64,000 nt of DNA from the IMG/VR virus record IMGVR_UViG_3300025849_003344; one strand, 5' to 3'. The DNA comes from a virus (lineage: Duplodnaviria; Caudoviricetes). This document shows, in pieces, positions 8,471 to 17,114 of this stretch. The notes beneath the pieces are model-generated. The model ran no database searches and was not told the origin of the DNA. It saw only the letters and a list, made by a program, of their open reading frames with translations. The first letter of the stretch is position 1. Each line of letters opens with the position of its first letter. The position numbers and the translations under genes were made by a program.

Positions 8471-9380
8471 ATTCTAATGCTCTATCTGCTTCAACGTCCA
8501 TAGGACGGTTTTCATACCAATTGCCAGTTCCCATATCAAACTCTCGACATAGATTAGTTATCTCATGTGACGTGATCGGATACTGTCGTTCAACAGCTCT
8601 TGCCGCAACCGCAACCATTATCTGATACATCTTATGATACCAGCCAGTATTTGAAATGATTTGATATTCTCCGGCCAGTTTCTTTGGCCAGAAAGGACAG
8701 TCACGATAACTTGTCCATACTATATTTGTATTATCTAGTTTTGATTTTTTGTGTTCAAGAACTTGTTTTTGTAAAGCTTCAGGGAGTCTATCGATAAAGT
8801 TTTTGCTTGATTTTTGTGCGTACTCATGTTTTGCCATGAGTTTGAATGGATCAATATGTTCGCCATCATCATTAGAAAAGATGAAGTTATAAGCATTATC
8901 GTAAGTTGCCGGAATATAATACATACGAGATAAATCTTTAGTCTGTTTATCTGCCATGTTACCAAGCTCTGAGTTGAGAGCATACCAGAAGTGCTTGATT
9001 TTATCTTGCTCAACGAAAGATTTAAGTGGGAAAACTACACGAAATTTTGGAAATTCATGAGTGCTACTAGCGGTACTATAACACACATATGTGTAATTAC
9101 CAAAGCGCTCATTAAGTTCATCTTCTAGTTTGCCCTTAAAAACGTGATCGTCAACATCAATAGCAGCCCAACCTGCCCAAGCATCCACATTCTTGTTGGC
9201 CCTAGTTGTATCAGAAACGTATACAGCTGGCGATATAAGTTGCGCATCTTTTTTTCCCTTTACAGGTTGTTTAGACAATTTATAGAAAAGCTCCGAGAGC
9301 TGTTGCCAGTTCTCGAAGTCCATTCTACGATGTGTTTTATTATCAAAGACGCTCTTAAAGAGCGTTAGCGAAATCGCCAT
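8451..9380 (-). CDS. Archaeo-eukaryotic primase (AEP/PrimPol)-like protein
   Basis: AAIDVDD (DxD), YSTASST...KFRVVFPL, DLSRMYYIP. Confidence 0.7.
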   Translation of the reverse strand: MAISLTLFKSVFDNKTHRRMDFENWQQLSELFYKLSKQPVKGKKDAQLISPAVYVSDTTRANKNVDAWAGWAAIDVDDHVFKGKLEDELNERFGNYTYVCYSTASSTHEFPKFRVVFPLKSFVEQDKIKHFWYALNSELGNMADKQTKDLSRMYYIPATYDNAYNFIFSNDDGEHIDPFKLMAKHEYAQKSSKNFIDRLPEALQKQVLEHKKSKLDNTNIVWTSYRDCPFWPKKLAGEYQIISNTGWYHKMYQIMVAVAARAVERQYPITSHEITNLCREFDMGTGNWYENRPMDVEADRALEYVYKNI

Positions 9381-9765
9381 GGTTACCCTCATGATCAGGA
9401 CCCTGCCAGTCAGCAGGTTTAATTAAGTCTGGTAAACCAAATGGATTAGGTCGACCAGGTTTCACTCCAGATTCTTTTGACATATTTGCTTCATAGATAG
9501 CGTCCCATGCTTTATTAGCATCGACACCAAATACGTCAAGCGTGCCAATAGCAAATACGCACATATCAATTAGCCCATCAACAATCTCTTCTGGATCTTT
9601 ATTGTCAAATGCATCTAGCGTTTCGCCTAGTTCTTCTTGGCACATTGATAAACGAAACTTGAGATACGTAGCCATTAAATCTTTATCGTCTTTATTTTTT
9701 TCAAACCATTCTTTGACACCAAATTTATTATGCATCATATAAATGTCATTAGCCCAATCGCTCAT
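9355..9765 (-). CDS. MazG-like (DR2231/PRA-PH-type) nucleoside triphosphate pyrophosphohydrolase
   Basis: EELGET...EEIVDGLIDM...ANMSK...LIKPADWQGPD. Confidence 0.8.
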   Translation of the reverse strand: MSDWANDIYMMHNKFGVKEWFEKNKDDKDLMATYLKFRLSMCQEELGETLDAFDNKDPEEIVDGLIDMCVFAIGTLDVFGVDANKAWDAIYEANMSKESGVKPGRPNPFGLPDLIKPADWQGPDHEGNHGDFANAL

Positions 9766-9977
9766 TAGTATATTTTCCTCACTTGATAGTTAAATTGGTC
9801 AGTAGTTTTAATGTTAATTTTGCGACCCTTCATATCTCTGCCTTTAAGAGACGTTTGGTCAATCTTACTTAGTTCTGATAGTTCAAAGAACTGTGTTCTC
9901 TTAGTACCATCACTTTCATTGTACCATATTGTGACTTCGTACTTATCATACAAAAGCCTTTTTAGCCAGTTTGTCAT
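9765..9977 (-). CDS. Hypothetical protein
   Basis: Coupled ORF between gp43 and the MazG-like gene. Confidence 0.6.
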   Translation of the reverse strand: MTNWLKRLLYDKYEVTIWYNESDGTKRTQFFELSELSKIDQTSLKGRDMKGRKINIKTTDQFNYQVRKIY

Positions 9978-12484
9978 ATAAAGAAATCCTCCAACGTGTT
10001 TGTATTATCATAGTTAATAAACCAACCAGTCGGATCCAGAATAGGTTTTAATGGATCGCTAAACGTTTTTGAATATTGCATATCGTAATCCACGTACTTA
10101 TCTAAACCGAATTCTTTTGGCAAATAATCAGGGAATGCGATAACATTCTCATTGATAGGATTAGGAGTTTTGAGATAACAGAACTTAACCTTTTCGCCGT
10201 TTTGAATTTTAGTATATTTCTTGTGCAAATTATATTTGTCGATAAGACCATTATACAACAAACTGCCACGAATGTGAATAGGCGTTCCCTTTTTATATGC
10301 GATTTTTTCACCTTTTTTTGTTGCCCACTTGGTTACCTCTCGGGCGCCACGTGGGAAGGATATCGATTCAGGCGGAAACGAACGAAACTCATTATAGAAA
10401 TCTGTGATAAATTGTTGTGTATCTGTTTCATTACCATTTATAATAATTTTAAACGCTTGCTTAAATTTATCACGTACAACTTCAGGAGTTGAAGACTTAA
10501 TAGCTTCAATACCCATAATCTTAAGTTTGGGTTCGGCGTACTGAACACCTTCTGAGTTATGCACATTTAGAATGTATCGCTTCTTAGCAGTCCAGATACC
10601 ACGATCAGCAATAACTTCTCTACCCATTTCCATACGTGGCTTGTAAGCATTCATCTGATCAAACAATAATGCGTATGTTTTACTAAGCACTGACTCAAAA
10701 TGTTCTGAGCATATTTTATCCAGAAACTTGACAGGATCTTTAGGTTTAAAATGATCTACGAGACCGCCCATGTTAATATACAAAGAATCAGTATCAATAG
10801 CGATAACATAGTCAACATTATTAGTCTTGAGTATATTGTTCATCTCCTCGTTAATAGCTCTTTCGGCCCATATAACTGATAGCTGGCCTGACAAGGTGAT
10901 GCCTTCGGCCATTCGCATATCAAAGTATCGGAAATATTTATTACCGAGTGCGCCATAAAGAGAGTTGAGTAGAATCTTAATAGCCATCTGCCGATTATTA
11001 TATCGATTGATTTCTCGCTCAAGCTCTACGGTTTTGTTCTTCTGGTATTTTTGCTCAACACTAAGCATCTCTTTTTTGATTTGAGAACGCTCACTATAAT
11101 AGGCCTCAATAATCTTAGGCAAAATACCTTGAAAGTCTTTATGGTATGTAGAGCCATTAGCCGCCACAGAATGTGGAGATGTGACCTTGTCTTCTAAGTT
11201 AAGGTAATAATCAACACCAGACCGCTCTGTCTGACCTATAAGCGTCTCAGGTGACATGTTGTATTGTACGATCAGGTTTGGATACAGAGAATTAAGATCG
11301 AAGGATACTACCCAGTCGTGCAGACCGACTTGAGGTTCTTTTACATAACCGCCTGGATATGGGTTCTTAATCTTTTCATTGTTAGGCGGTATGGCAATTT
11401 TTTTCTTGTTAAGCTCGCGATAGATAATAGAATCCCATATAGCCGTAGTGCCAAATGTATCGGCAAGATTGACTCCACCACGATATGCCATAGTTTGTGC
11501 CAACTGAATAAGACCCATCTTTTCTTCGATGCGGTTAACTAGCTGAACGTCTTTGATGTTATAGTCTATAAACTTTTGATGATCTTCTTTATACAAGGTA
11601 TATAGATTGCCATGTTCTTCGTACGATAATTTCTTTTCGCCGAGAACAACATGAGCGATGTGATCAAGCTTGTATGATTCTTGTGCGCCATATGAGTAAC
11701 CGAATTTCTTAAATAGTTCTAGATAGTCGGCTTGTTGTACGCCGACGATTTCATAACCGTATTGTGTACGGCCAGTAATTTCTGTATTACGCTCATTCAC
11801 CATATTCCATGGAGACAAGCGTCTTACGGCTTCAGCAGATCCAATACGTGCGATGCGATTAATAAGATAAGGAATATCGAAAAAACGACTGTTCCAACCA
11901 GTGACGATGTCTGGACGATTTTCGCACCAGAACTTATGGAAACTAGCCAGAAGAGCTTCTTCAGTATCAAACTTACGATATTGAATAAGATCGCCATACA
12001 TTTCAATGGCACATTTTTCATAGTTGTAATCTCCTAGACCCCAAACGTGGTAGATAGATGACTGACTTGATTTAAGAGCAATTGAGATAATCGGTTGAAT
12101 AGCTTCTTCAGGTTTTGGGAAACCGTCATCAGACGCAACCTCGATATCAAAGTTAACAACATTGACGTGTGAAGGATTAAATTTAATTTCTTCTGGAAAC
12201 ATGTCGGTAATACATTGCTGAATATAGTTTGTATTACCGTAGACTTTAAATTGATCGATATCTTTATATTGGTCAATAAAGTTACGAGCCTCTTTCATGG
12301 ATGCAAAACCCATAGGCTCGACTGGCGTACCATCGAGGGCTAGCCAGTCTGTGTTTTTATTTTTACTTGGAATAAAAAGTGTTGGTGAGTATTTAATTTT
12401 CTTTTCAACACGCACGCCATTGTCGTTGTAACCGCAATATAGGATCTGATTACCGTAGCGGTTTACTGATGTGTAAAATGACAA
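9974..12484 (-). CDS. 43: DNA polymerase, family B (T4 gp43); likely TTG start
   Basis: FDIEV exonuclease, TGWNSRFFD, SFDLNSLYP, KILLNSLYG, IAIDTDS, KKRY. GGAGGT SD sits 7 nt before TTG at 12484, giving the conserved (M)SFYTSV N-terminus. Confidence 0.98.
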   Translation of the reverse strand: MSFYTSVNRYGNQILYCGYNDNGVRVEKKIKYSPTLFIPSKNKNTDWLALDGTPVEPMGFASMKEARNFIDQYKDIDQFKVYGNTNYIQQCITDMFPEEIKFNPSHVNVVNFDIEVASDDGFPKPEEAIQPIISIALKSSQSSIYHVWGLGDYNYEKCAIEMYGDLIQYRKFDTEEALLASFHKFWCENRPDIVTGWNSRFFDIPYLINRIARIGSAEAVRRLSPWNMVNERNTEITGRTQYGYEIVGVQQADYLELFKKFGYSYGAQESYKLDHIAHVVLGEKKLSYEEHGNLYTLYKEDHQKFIDYNIKDVQLVNRIEEKMGLIQLAQTMAYRGGVNLADTFGTTAIWDSIIYRELNKKKIAIPPNNEKIKNPYPGGYVKEPQVGLHDWVVSFDLNSLYPNLIVQYNMSPETLIGQTERSGVDYYLNLEDKVTSPHSVAANGSTYHKDFQGILPKIIEAYYSERSQIKKEMLSVEQKYQKNKTVELEREINRYNNRQMAIKILLNSLYGALGNKYFRYFDMRMAEGITLSGQLSVIWAERAINEEMNNILKTNNVDYVIAIDTDSLYINMGGLVDHFKPKDPVKFLDKICSEHFESVLSKTYALLFDQMNAYKPRMEMGREVIADRGIWTAKKRYILNVHNSEGVQYAEPKLKIMGIEAIKSSTPEVVRDKFKQAFKIIINGNETDTQQFITDFYNEFRSFPPESISFPRGAREVTKWATKKGEKIAYKKGTPIHIRGSLLYNGLIDKYNLHKKYTKIQNGEKVKFCYLKTPNPINENVIAFPDYLPKEFGLDKYVDYDMQYSKTFSDPLKPILDPTGWFINYDNTNTLEDFFI

Positions 12485-12510
12485 ATGATAGACCTCCAAT
12501 GAATATGTTT

Positions 12511-12540
12511 ATTCTAACACGAAATGAAGGGAAAGTACAC
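12511..12540 (-). promoter_or_regulatory. Early (sigma70-type) promoter for gene 43
   Basis: GTGTACT-N17-TAGAAT on the minus strand. Confidence 0.7.
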
Positions 12541-12562
12541 AACTATTTTCAGTTGTGTACTT
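12533..12562. terminator. Perfect 12-bp inverted repeat (terminator or operator) overlapping the gene 43 -35 box
   Basis: AAGTACACAACT-ATTTTC-AGTTGTGTACTT. Confidence 0.55.
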
Positions 12563-12578
12563 ATTTAATATACAGCTA

Positions 12579-12791
12579 TTAGGTTTTGCTAGAAACAAAA
12601 GAATACATTTCTTTTGCTTTCTCCTGAAGTTCTTCCATCGTATACATTTGTGGAACATCTTCGATTGTTTTTTTGCCAGCTTCCATCATTTGAGTGAAGA
12701 GGACCGTATTTAATTCTACTTGTTTATCCATATAGTCTTTTGCCATTGCAAGAATATCTGCACGGATTTCGAAGGGATTTTTATTAGACAT
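12579..12791 (-). CDS. Hypothetical protein
   Basis: CAGGAG SD; NPFEIRADIL...AKEMYSFV small helical protein. Confidence 0.75.
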   Translation of the reverse strand: MSNKNPFEIRADILAMAKDYMDKQVELNTVLFTQMMEAGKKTIEDVPQMYTMEELQEKAKEMYSFVSSKT

Positions 12792-12814
12792 ATTGTCTCC
12801 TGTGTGTGTTTGTG

Positions 12815-13015
12815 TTATTTTAGGTATTTATTTACCATTTCAAGTAAATCATCATATTTGGCTACTTCATCAAGTTCTTTTTCAATTTCCTCAATGATGT
12901 CTCCATTGTTGCCAACTCCAACTGGATTGGCAAGCAATACTTCTACGTTTGCTAAGTGTTTATCAACATGACCTTTTGCATGCGATACAAAGCATTCAAG
13001 TAATCGATCTCTCAT
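12815..13015 (-). CDS. Hypothetical protein
   Basis: Coupled (TAATG) to the upstream gene; similar small ORFs are typical of marine T4-like phages. Confidence 0.7.
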   Translation of the reverse strand: MRDRLLECFVSHAKGHVDKHLANVEVLLANPVGVGNNGDIIEEIEKELDEVAKYDDLLEMVNKYLK

Positions 13016-13374
13016 TAGTAATGTTCTCCATCAGCTGCCCGACCATTATACTTAGATCCAGACTGTAGCAATTTATTAATTGAGTCTGGATTGTTTTCTG
13101 CTTGACGGAATGTTATCGCCGTAATTGTAATACCGCTAATTAATAGAAGATGAAATACAGCGCTAAGTCCGAATGCAATTATGCTGCCAACCATTAGGGC
13201 AAAGATACCACTCCAAATAAAGAACAAACATTGGAATACCATATGAGCTACCATAGGATCTAGTTTCCGAAGCGGCGAGTTCTCGATTGTCATTACGCTA
13301 TCCCACATTTCTCGTGGGAGTTTTACAAGTTCTGTAAGGGTAGTTTCCCACCCGATAGGTTTATTATATTTCAT
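13015..13374 (-). CDS. Small membrane protein
   Basis: Long hydrophobic stretch HMVFQCLFFIWSGIFALMVGSIIAFGLSAVFHLLLISGITITAITF; TAATG-coupled to cytochrome c. Confidence 0.7.
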   Translation of the reverse strand: MKYNKPIGWETTLTELVKLPREMWDSVMTIENSPLRKLDPMVAHMVFQCLFFIWSGIFALMVGSIIAFGLSAVFHLLLISGITITAITFRQAENNPDSINKLLQSGSKYNGRAADGEHY

Positions 13375-13745
13375 TATTCCTCACCCATTGATTGCAAATA
13401 TGCAATTATGTCTGCGCGCTTGGCTTCTTTCTTTTCCTTAAAGTTCATCTTTGTACGTTTAACCAACTTCTTTGAGTTAGTTAGCCAAGCGTCCATAAGC
13501 TCAGGTGTCCATTTAGGATTCTCTTCAGCCCAAGCAACAAACGTTTTACTATATTTATATTTCTCGGTTACGCCTGTGCCGCGGTTCATAATATTCCAAA
13601 GGTTAGGTCCAGTCTTATTTTTTCCGCCTTCTTCAATACTATGACATGATGCGCATTTCTTAAAGTTTTTTTCGCCTTTAGCGACGTCACCGGCAAAAGC
13701 AGTTGATGCCGATAAAACTAATAATGTAGTAATTGTTTTAATCAT
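13374..13745 (-). CDS. Cytochrome c2-like class I c-type cytochrome with signal peptide
   Basis: Signal MIKTITTLLVLSASTAFA; GDVAKGEKNFKKCASCH (CxxCH), KTGPNL, TKMNF axial Met, DIIAYL. Confidence 0.93.
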   Translation of the reverse strand: MIKTITTLLVLSASTAFAGDVAKGEKNFKKCASCHSIEEGGKNKTGPNLWNIMNRGTGVTEKYKYSKTFVAWAEENPKWTPELMDAWLTNSKKLVKRTKMNFKEKKEAKRADIIAYLQSMGEE

Positions 13746-13766
13746 GTTCTACTTCCTCTCGTGTTA

Positions 13767-13787
13767 TAAAAGGGGGCCGAAGCCCCC
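13767..13787 (-). terminator. Rho-independent terminator
   Basis: Minus strand GGGGGC-TTCG-GCCCCC followed by TTTT. Confidence 0.8.
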
Positions 13788-13792
13788 AATTA

Positions 13793-13975
13793 CTATGCTT
13801 TTCTAAGATCTTTAATTTGCATCATGCAATATTTAGATTGTTCATGCAAACCGTTAGCAGCTAAGTGTGCTGCTGCTCTGCTATATCCGATAATCTCAAA
13901 CTGTATGACAATGCTCTCCCAGATTCTGGCGAAAAAAGGACGATAACCAACATTATTGCTTTCAACATATGACAT
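13793..13975 (-). CDS. Small hypothetical protein
   Basis: TAATG-coupled to the DUF1127 gene; GYSRAAAHLAANG resembles small Rhodobacterales proteins. Confidence 0.6.
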   Translation of the reverse strand: MSYVESNNVGYRPFFARIWESIVIQFEIIGYSRAAAHLAANGLHEQSKYCMMQIKDLRKA

Positions 13976-14163
13976 TATACCCACCCTCGTAAGTTAGGGT
14001 TCATGTCTACATCTTTGCGAGCGACAGAATATATATCGCCTCTGCTGATACCAATGTCGTTTAGTTCTTTATTAGTTAGCTGATTAAGTTCTTTAACCGT
14101 CTTCCTAATTTCACGTGTAGATAGATAAGAATTATAAATCTTATTCAAGAAGTTCTTTAGCAT
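13975..14163 (-). CDS. DUF1127 (YjiS-like) small protein
   Basis: RKTVKELNQLTNKELNDIGISRGDI signature; start at MLKNFL. Confidence 0.88.
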   Translation of the reverse strand: MLKNFLNKIYNSYLSTREIRKTVKELNQLTNKELNDIGISRGDIYSVARKDVDMNPNLRGWV

Positions 14164-14587
14164 TTTTATTTTCCTCGTAATGCCCAATATTGATTTTACG
14201 AGGACGCATTTCTTCTGGGATAACATATTGCAATTCGATTGCCAAGATGCCATCCTGAATATCTGCTCCGTTTACGTGTACGTGTTCAGACAGCCTAAAA
14301 GTACGCTTAAATTTCTTTGTCGAAATGCCGCGATGGATAAACTCTCTACCTTTAGAAATGTGTTCCCCTGTAACAGTCAAAGTTCTGTCTTTAACTTCTA
14401 CAGAGATCTCATCTTTTGTAAACCCAGCAATAGCCAATTCAATCAGATAATCTGTTTCTGAGGCTCTAATAATGTTGTGAGGTGGATAGTGATCATTTGA
14501 ATGTTTAGCTGTAAATTCCAGCTCATTAAATAAATGATCGAATCCTACGAAAGATGAACGCGGGAAAAGTGTATGTACGCCTGTCAT
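14141..14587 (-). CDS. hsp20: Small heat shock protein Hsp20 (IbpA-like)
   Basis: FVGFDHLF, YPPHNI, IELAIAGF, FIHRGIS, FKRTFRLSEHV, DGILAIEL, PEEMRPRKI. Confidence 0.95.
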   Translation of the reverse strand: MTGVHTLFPRSSFVGFDHLFNELEFTAKHSNDHYPPHNIIRASETDYLIELAIAGFTKDEISVEVKDRTLTVTGEHISKGREFIHRGISTKKFKRTFRLSEHVHVNGADIQDGILAIELQYVIPEEMRPRKINIGHYEENKNAKELLE

Positions 14588-14640
14588 TGTTATCTCCTTT
14601 TGACCAAGCAAGATTGTAATGGACCCGTTTCCGGCATCCG
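14588..14640 (-). promoter_or_regulatory. ROSE-like RNA thermometer in the hsp20 5' UTR
   Basis: AUCUUGCUU-GGUCAA-AAGGAGAU: the U(U/C)GCU motif pairs with the SD leaving a bulged G; preceded by a GGAUGCCG-GAAA-CGGGUCC hairpin. Confidence 0.7.
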
Positions 14641-14643
14641 ATT

Positions 14644-14682
14644 TATTTATACATTATACAACATTATTACATCGTTGTACAC
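14644..14682 (-). promoter_or_regulatory. Tandem early (GTGTACA-N17-TATAAT) and late (TATAAATA) promoters for hsp20
   Basis: -35 at 14676-14682, -10 at 14653-14658, late box at 14644-14651. Confidence 0.75.
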
Positions 14683-14867
14683 TATTTTTTTCGTCTTTTT
14701 CCAAATCCAAGACGATGCATGACTATCATGCGGTCTTCATAAGACATTTTAGACCAAGATGATATCTCGTCTATAGTCCTATTACACCCCTTGCACACAC
14801 GGGTATCTTTGTCTATATGACATACGCCTATGCAAGGAGTTATGTATAAATTATCTTGTGTTTCCAT
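14682..14867 (-). CDS. DUF1289 family Cys-rich small protein
   Basis: ITPCIGVCHID...CKGCNRTIDEISSWSKMS. Confidence 0.88.
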   Translation of the reverse strand: METQDNLYITPCIGVCHIDKDTRVCKGCNRTIDEISSWSKMSYEDRMIVMHRLGFGKRRKK

Positions 14868-14878
14868 ATGGAATGCCG

Positions 14879-16024
14879 TTATTTATTTTTTATAAGTTTC
14901 TTTACTATATATTTAATAAATTCTTCTGTACTACTTCTTTTCATATAATGATAGTAATTATATGTTATCTTTTCTCTTGTAAGAGGATTATCAAAATCTT
15001 TATTCTTTTTAAGTCTAATCATTTCATCTACTAAAGATTTTATCGTTAACTCGTTTGAGTAATCAAACAACTCGTCATATATTTCATAACCTTCGGTTTT
15101 TAAATGGTTACTAAAAGATCCACCTTCTGCAAATGTAAAAAACGGCACCTGAGCAAAAATAGGTTTTAAAGATTTTTCAGTATGCATATAATGATGATTC
15201 TCTATTGTGATATAATATTCGCTGTCAAATATATGCTGTGAAACTCTACGTTGTTCGGTTGTGCGGTATGTGTATTGTTTATTATCAGAATAGCTTATCT
15301 CAAAATCTTCAAATAGTCTTTCTTTAAACAAATGCTCATACTCATCATATTTTTCTATTTTTCCTTTTTTATGTCTTTGATCATCACATAACGTCCAGAA
15401 AAACTGATCATTCAATAAACCATTTTGCTCACAATATACTAAAAATTCTTGATTTAATTTTTTATGTTTAGATCCTAAATAACTGCAGAACAGATATTTT
15501 TTCTTATCGAACCAATTTGGATTGTAAAACAGATATTTCCTATTCATTGTATTCAATGAATCTGTTCTGAAATTAAACTCAAAAAACCTACTAAAGTTTA
15601 CTATAAGATCATCTTCATAGTGCGAATGACCCATTATTTTTATATTATAATTTTGTAAAAATTTCCACCAGTCTTGACTTGTAATAAACACACCATCTTG
15701 TTTTGATATATTTAGTATTTCCCAAGATCGATCTAAATAGCATTGAATGCCATGTTTATTACACCATTCAAATATATTTTCATTTTGCTGTAATAGATAA
15801 AGTTTACGTTCTGGATCGGTTAACCTATGACATATCTCATTACTTAAAACTTTATTAAAGAAGAATATTTTTGGAAGAGATGAACTAGGTGTGTCTATGA
15901 AAATATGTTTTGTCTTTCCGAATGCATATTGTGCAATTTGTCTTTCCTGTAAAAGACCTTCTAATCCGCTTCTTCTATCTGTTTTTCTACGATCAACCCA
16001 TAATTCAAATATTGGTGTTTCCAT
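14879..16024 (-). CDS. Glycosyltransferase-like protein (GT10/fucosyltransferase-like C-terminus)
   Basis: YITIEN...HTEKSLKPIFAQVPF...GYEIYDELFDYS; very AT-rich. Confidence 0.5.
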   Translation of the reverse strand: METPIFELWVDRRKTDRRSGLEGLLQERQIAQYAFGKTKHIFIDTPSSSLPKIFFFNKVLSNEICHRLTDPERKLYLLQQNENIFEWCNKHGIQCYLDRSWEILNISKQDGVFITSQDWWKFLQNYNIKIMGHSHYEDDLIVNFSRFFEFNFRTDSLNTMNRKYLFYNPNWFDKKKYLFCSYLGSKHKKLNQEFLVYCEQNGLLNDQFFWTLCDDQRHKKGKIEKYDEYEHLFKERLFEDFEISYSDNKQYTYRTTEQRRVSQHIFDSEYYITIENHHYMHTEKSLKPIFAQVPFFTFAEGGSFSNHLKTEGYEIYDELFDYSNELTIKSLVDEMIRLKKNKDFDNPLTREKITYNYYHYMKRSSTEEFIKYIVKKLIKNK

Positions 16025-17114
16025 ATGGAATTGCTCCGAGTCTTTCTCTCCATGGATCTACTATAACAGATCCTTCAGGGAATTCATAATCAGTATTTGA
16101 AGAGCCAAATGTTGTTTGATGTGAATGCGCTAGTAAGAATACGGCTGGTTTACTAAAATCATCGAATGTACAATCGCAAAATTGAGAAACTAGAATAGAT
16201 GGAGATCCATCTTCATATGGCACATCAGGTTTAAAACCTTTACCAATAATTATAATAGGAAGATCATGCTCAGTTGATAATTTTTTAAGATACTTTGCCA
16301 TGTTAGCAGCTTGTTTTTCTCTAGCTACTATGATAGTATCAAACATATCATAGCCTAGATCTAATTCTTGAGCTAGCCAACGCAATGCAATGTTATCACG
16401 AGGGTGACAGCTACCTCCGTCACCCATGCCGGCTTTCATATATTTAGGTGACATAATGCGTAGTGTAGATTGTGCTAAGGCATCTGTAACAACATCGACG
16501 TTCATATTACCTAATTTCATAGCAACGTCTTGCACCATATTAGCAAGAGTAATTTTAGTCGTTATAAACGTATTATAGAATATTTTAATAGATTCGCATT
16601 CTTCATATGTGCCACGAATGTATCTGTCACAATCACAAATACCTTTATAGAAATTTTCTAAAATCTCCATTGCTGATTCATCACCGCCCATCATAATCAT
16701 TTCAGGATTAACAAAGTCTTCTTTGACTGTTCCCATTGCGATTAGATAAGGGTTATATACAAACTTTGCATTTTGAATACGAGGTTCAAATTCCCTAGCT
16801 GTTGTTCCTGGTAATACTGTAGAAATTAATACAACAATCTGATCTTTATTCACTAAAGGATTGATTGCTTCGAGTGTTTCATTAACAATAGAATAATCAA
16901 AATCTTTTGGTTCTAGATCTGAACAAACATATCTTCCGTCATACAGCGGATCGTGAGGAGTTGGAACAGCTATAAAAATTATATCTTTATTTAAAACTGC
17001 GTCTGATATTGATCCTCTACCATCGATATCATAACCAGTGACGTCATGCTGTGTAGCCATGACTTCACTGACTGGATTTCCTAGTTTACCTAATCCAATA
17101 AATCCGATTTTCAT
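16005..17114 (-). CDS. UDP-glucose/GDP-mannose dehydrogenase
   Basis: GFIGLGKLG, FIAVPTP, ISTVLPGT, YNPYLIAMG, KIFYNTF, GDGGSCHPRD, GKGFKP. Confidence 0.92.
   Translation of the reverse strand: MKIGFIGLGKLGNPVSEVMATQHDVTGYDIDGRGSISDAVLNKDIIFIAVPTPHDPLYDGRYVCSDLEPKDFDYSIVNETLEAINPLVNKDQIVVLISTVLPGTTAREFEPRIQNAKFVYNPYLIAMGTVKEDFVNPEMIMMGGDESAMEILENFYKGICDCDRYIRGTYEECESIKIFYNTFITTKITLANMVQDVAMKLGNMNVDVVTDALAQSTLRIMSPKYMKAGMGDGGSCHPRDNIALRWLAQELDLGYDMFDTIIVAREKQAANMAKYLKKLSTEHDLPIIIIGKGFKPDVPYEDGSPSILVSQFCDCTFDDFSKPAVFLLAHSHQTTFGSSNTDYEFPEGSVIVDPWRERLGAIPYGNTNI

Noticed and set aside
12795-12820. CA-rich run upstream of the 12579 gene (ACACAAACACACACAGGAG on the minus strand)
   Set aside because: Short unstructured leader before an SD; no evidence of a distinct element
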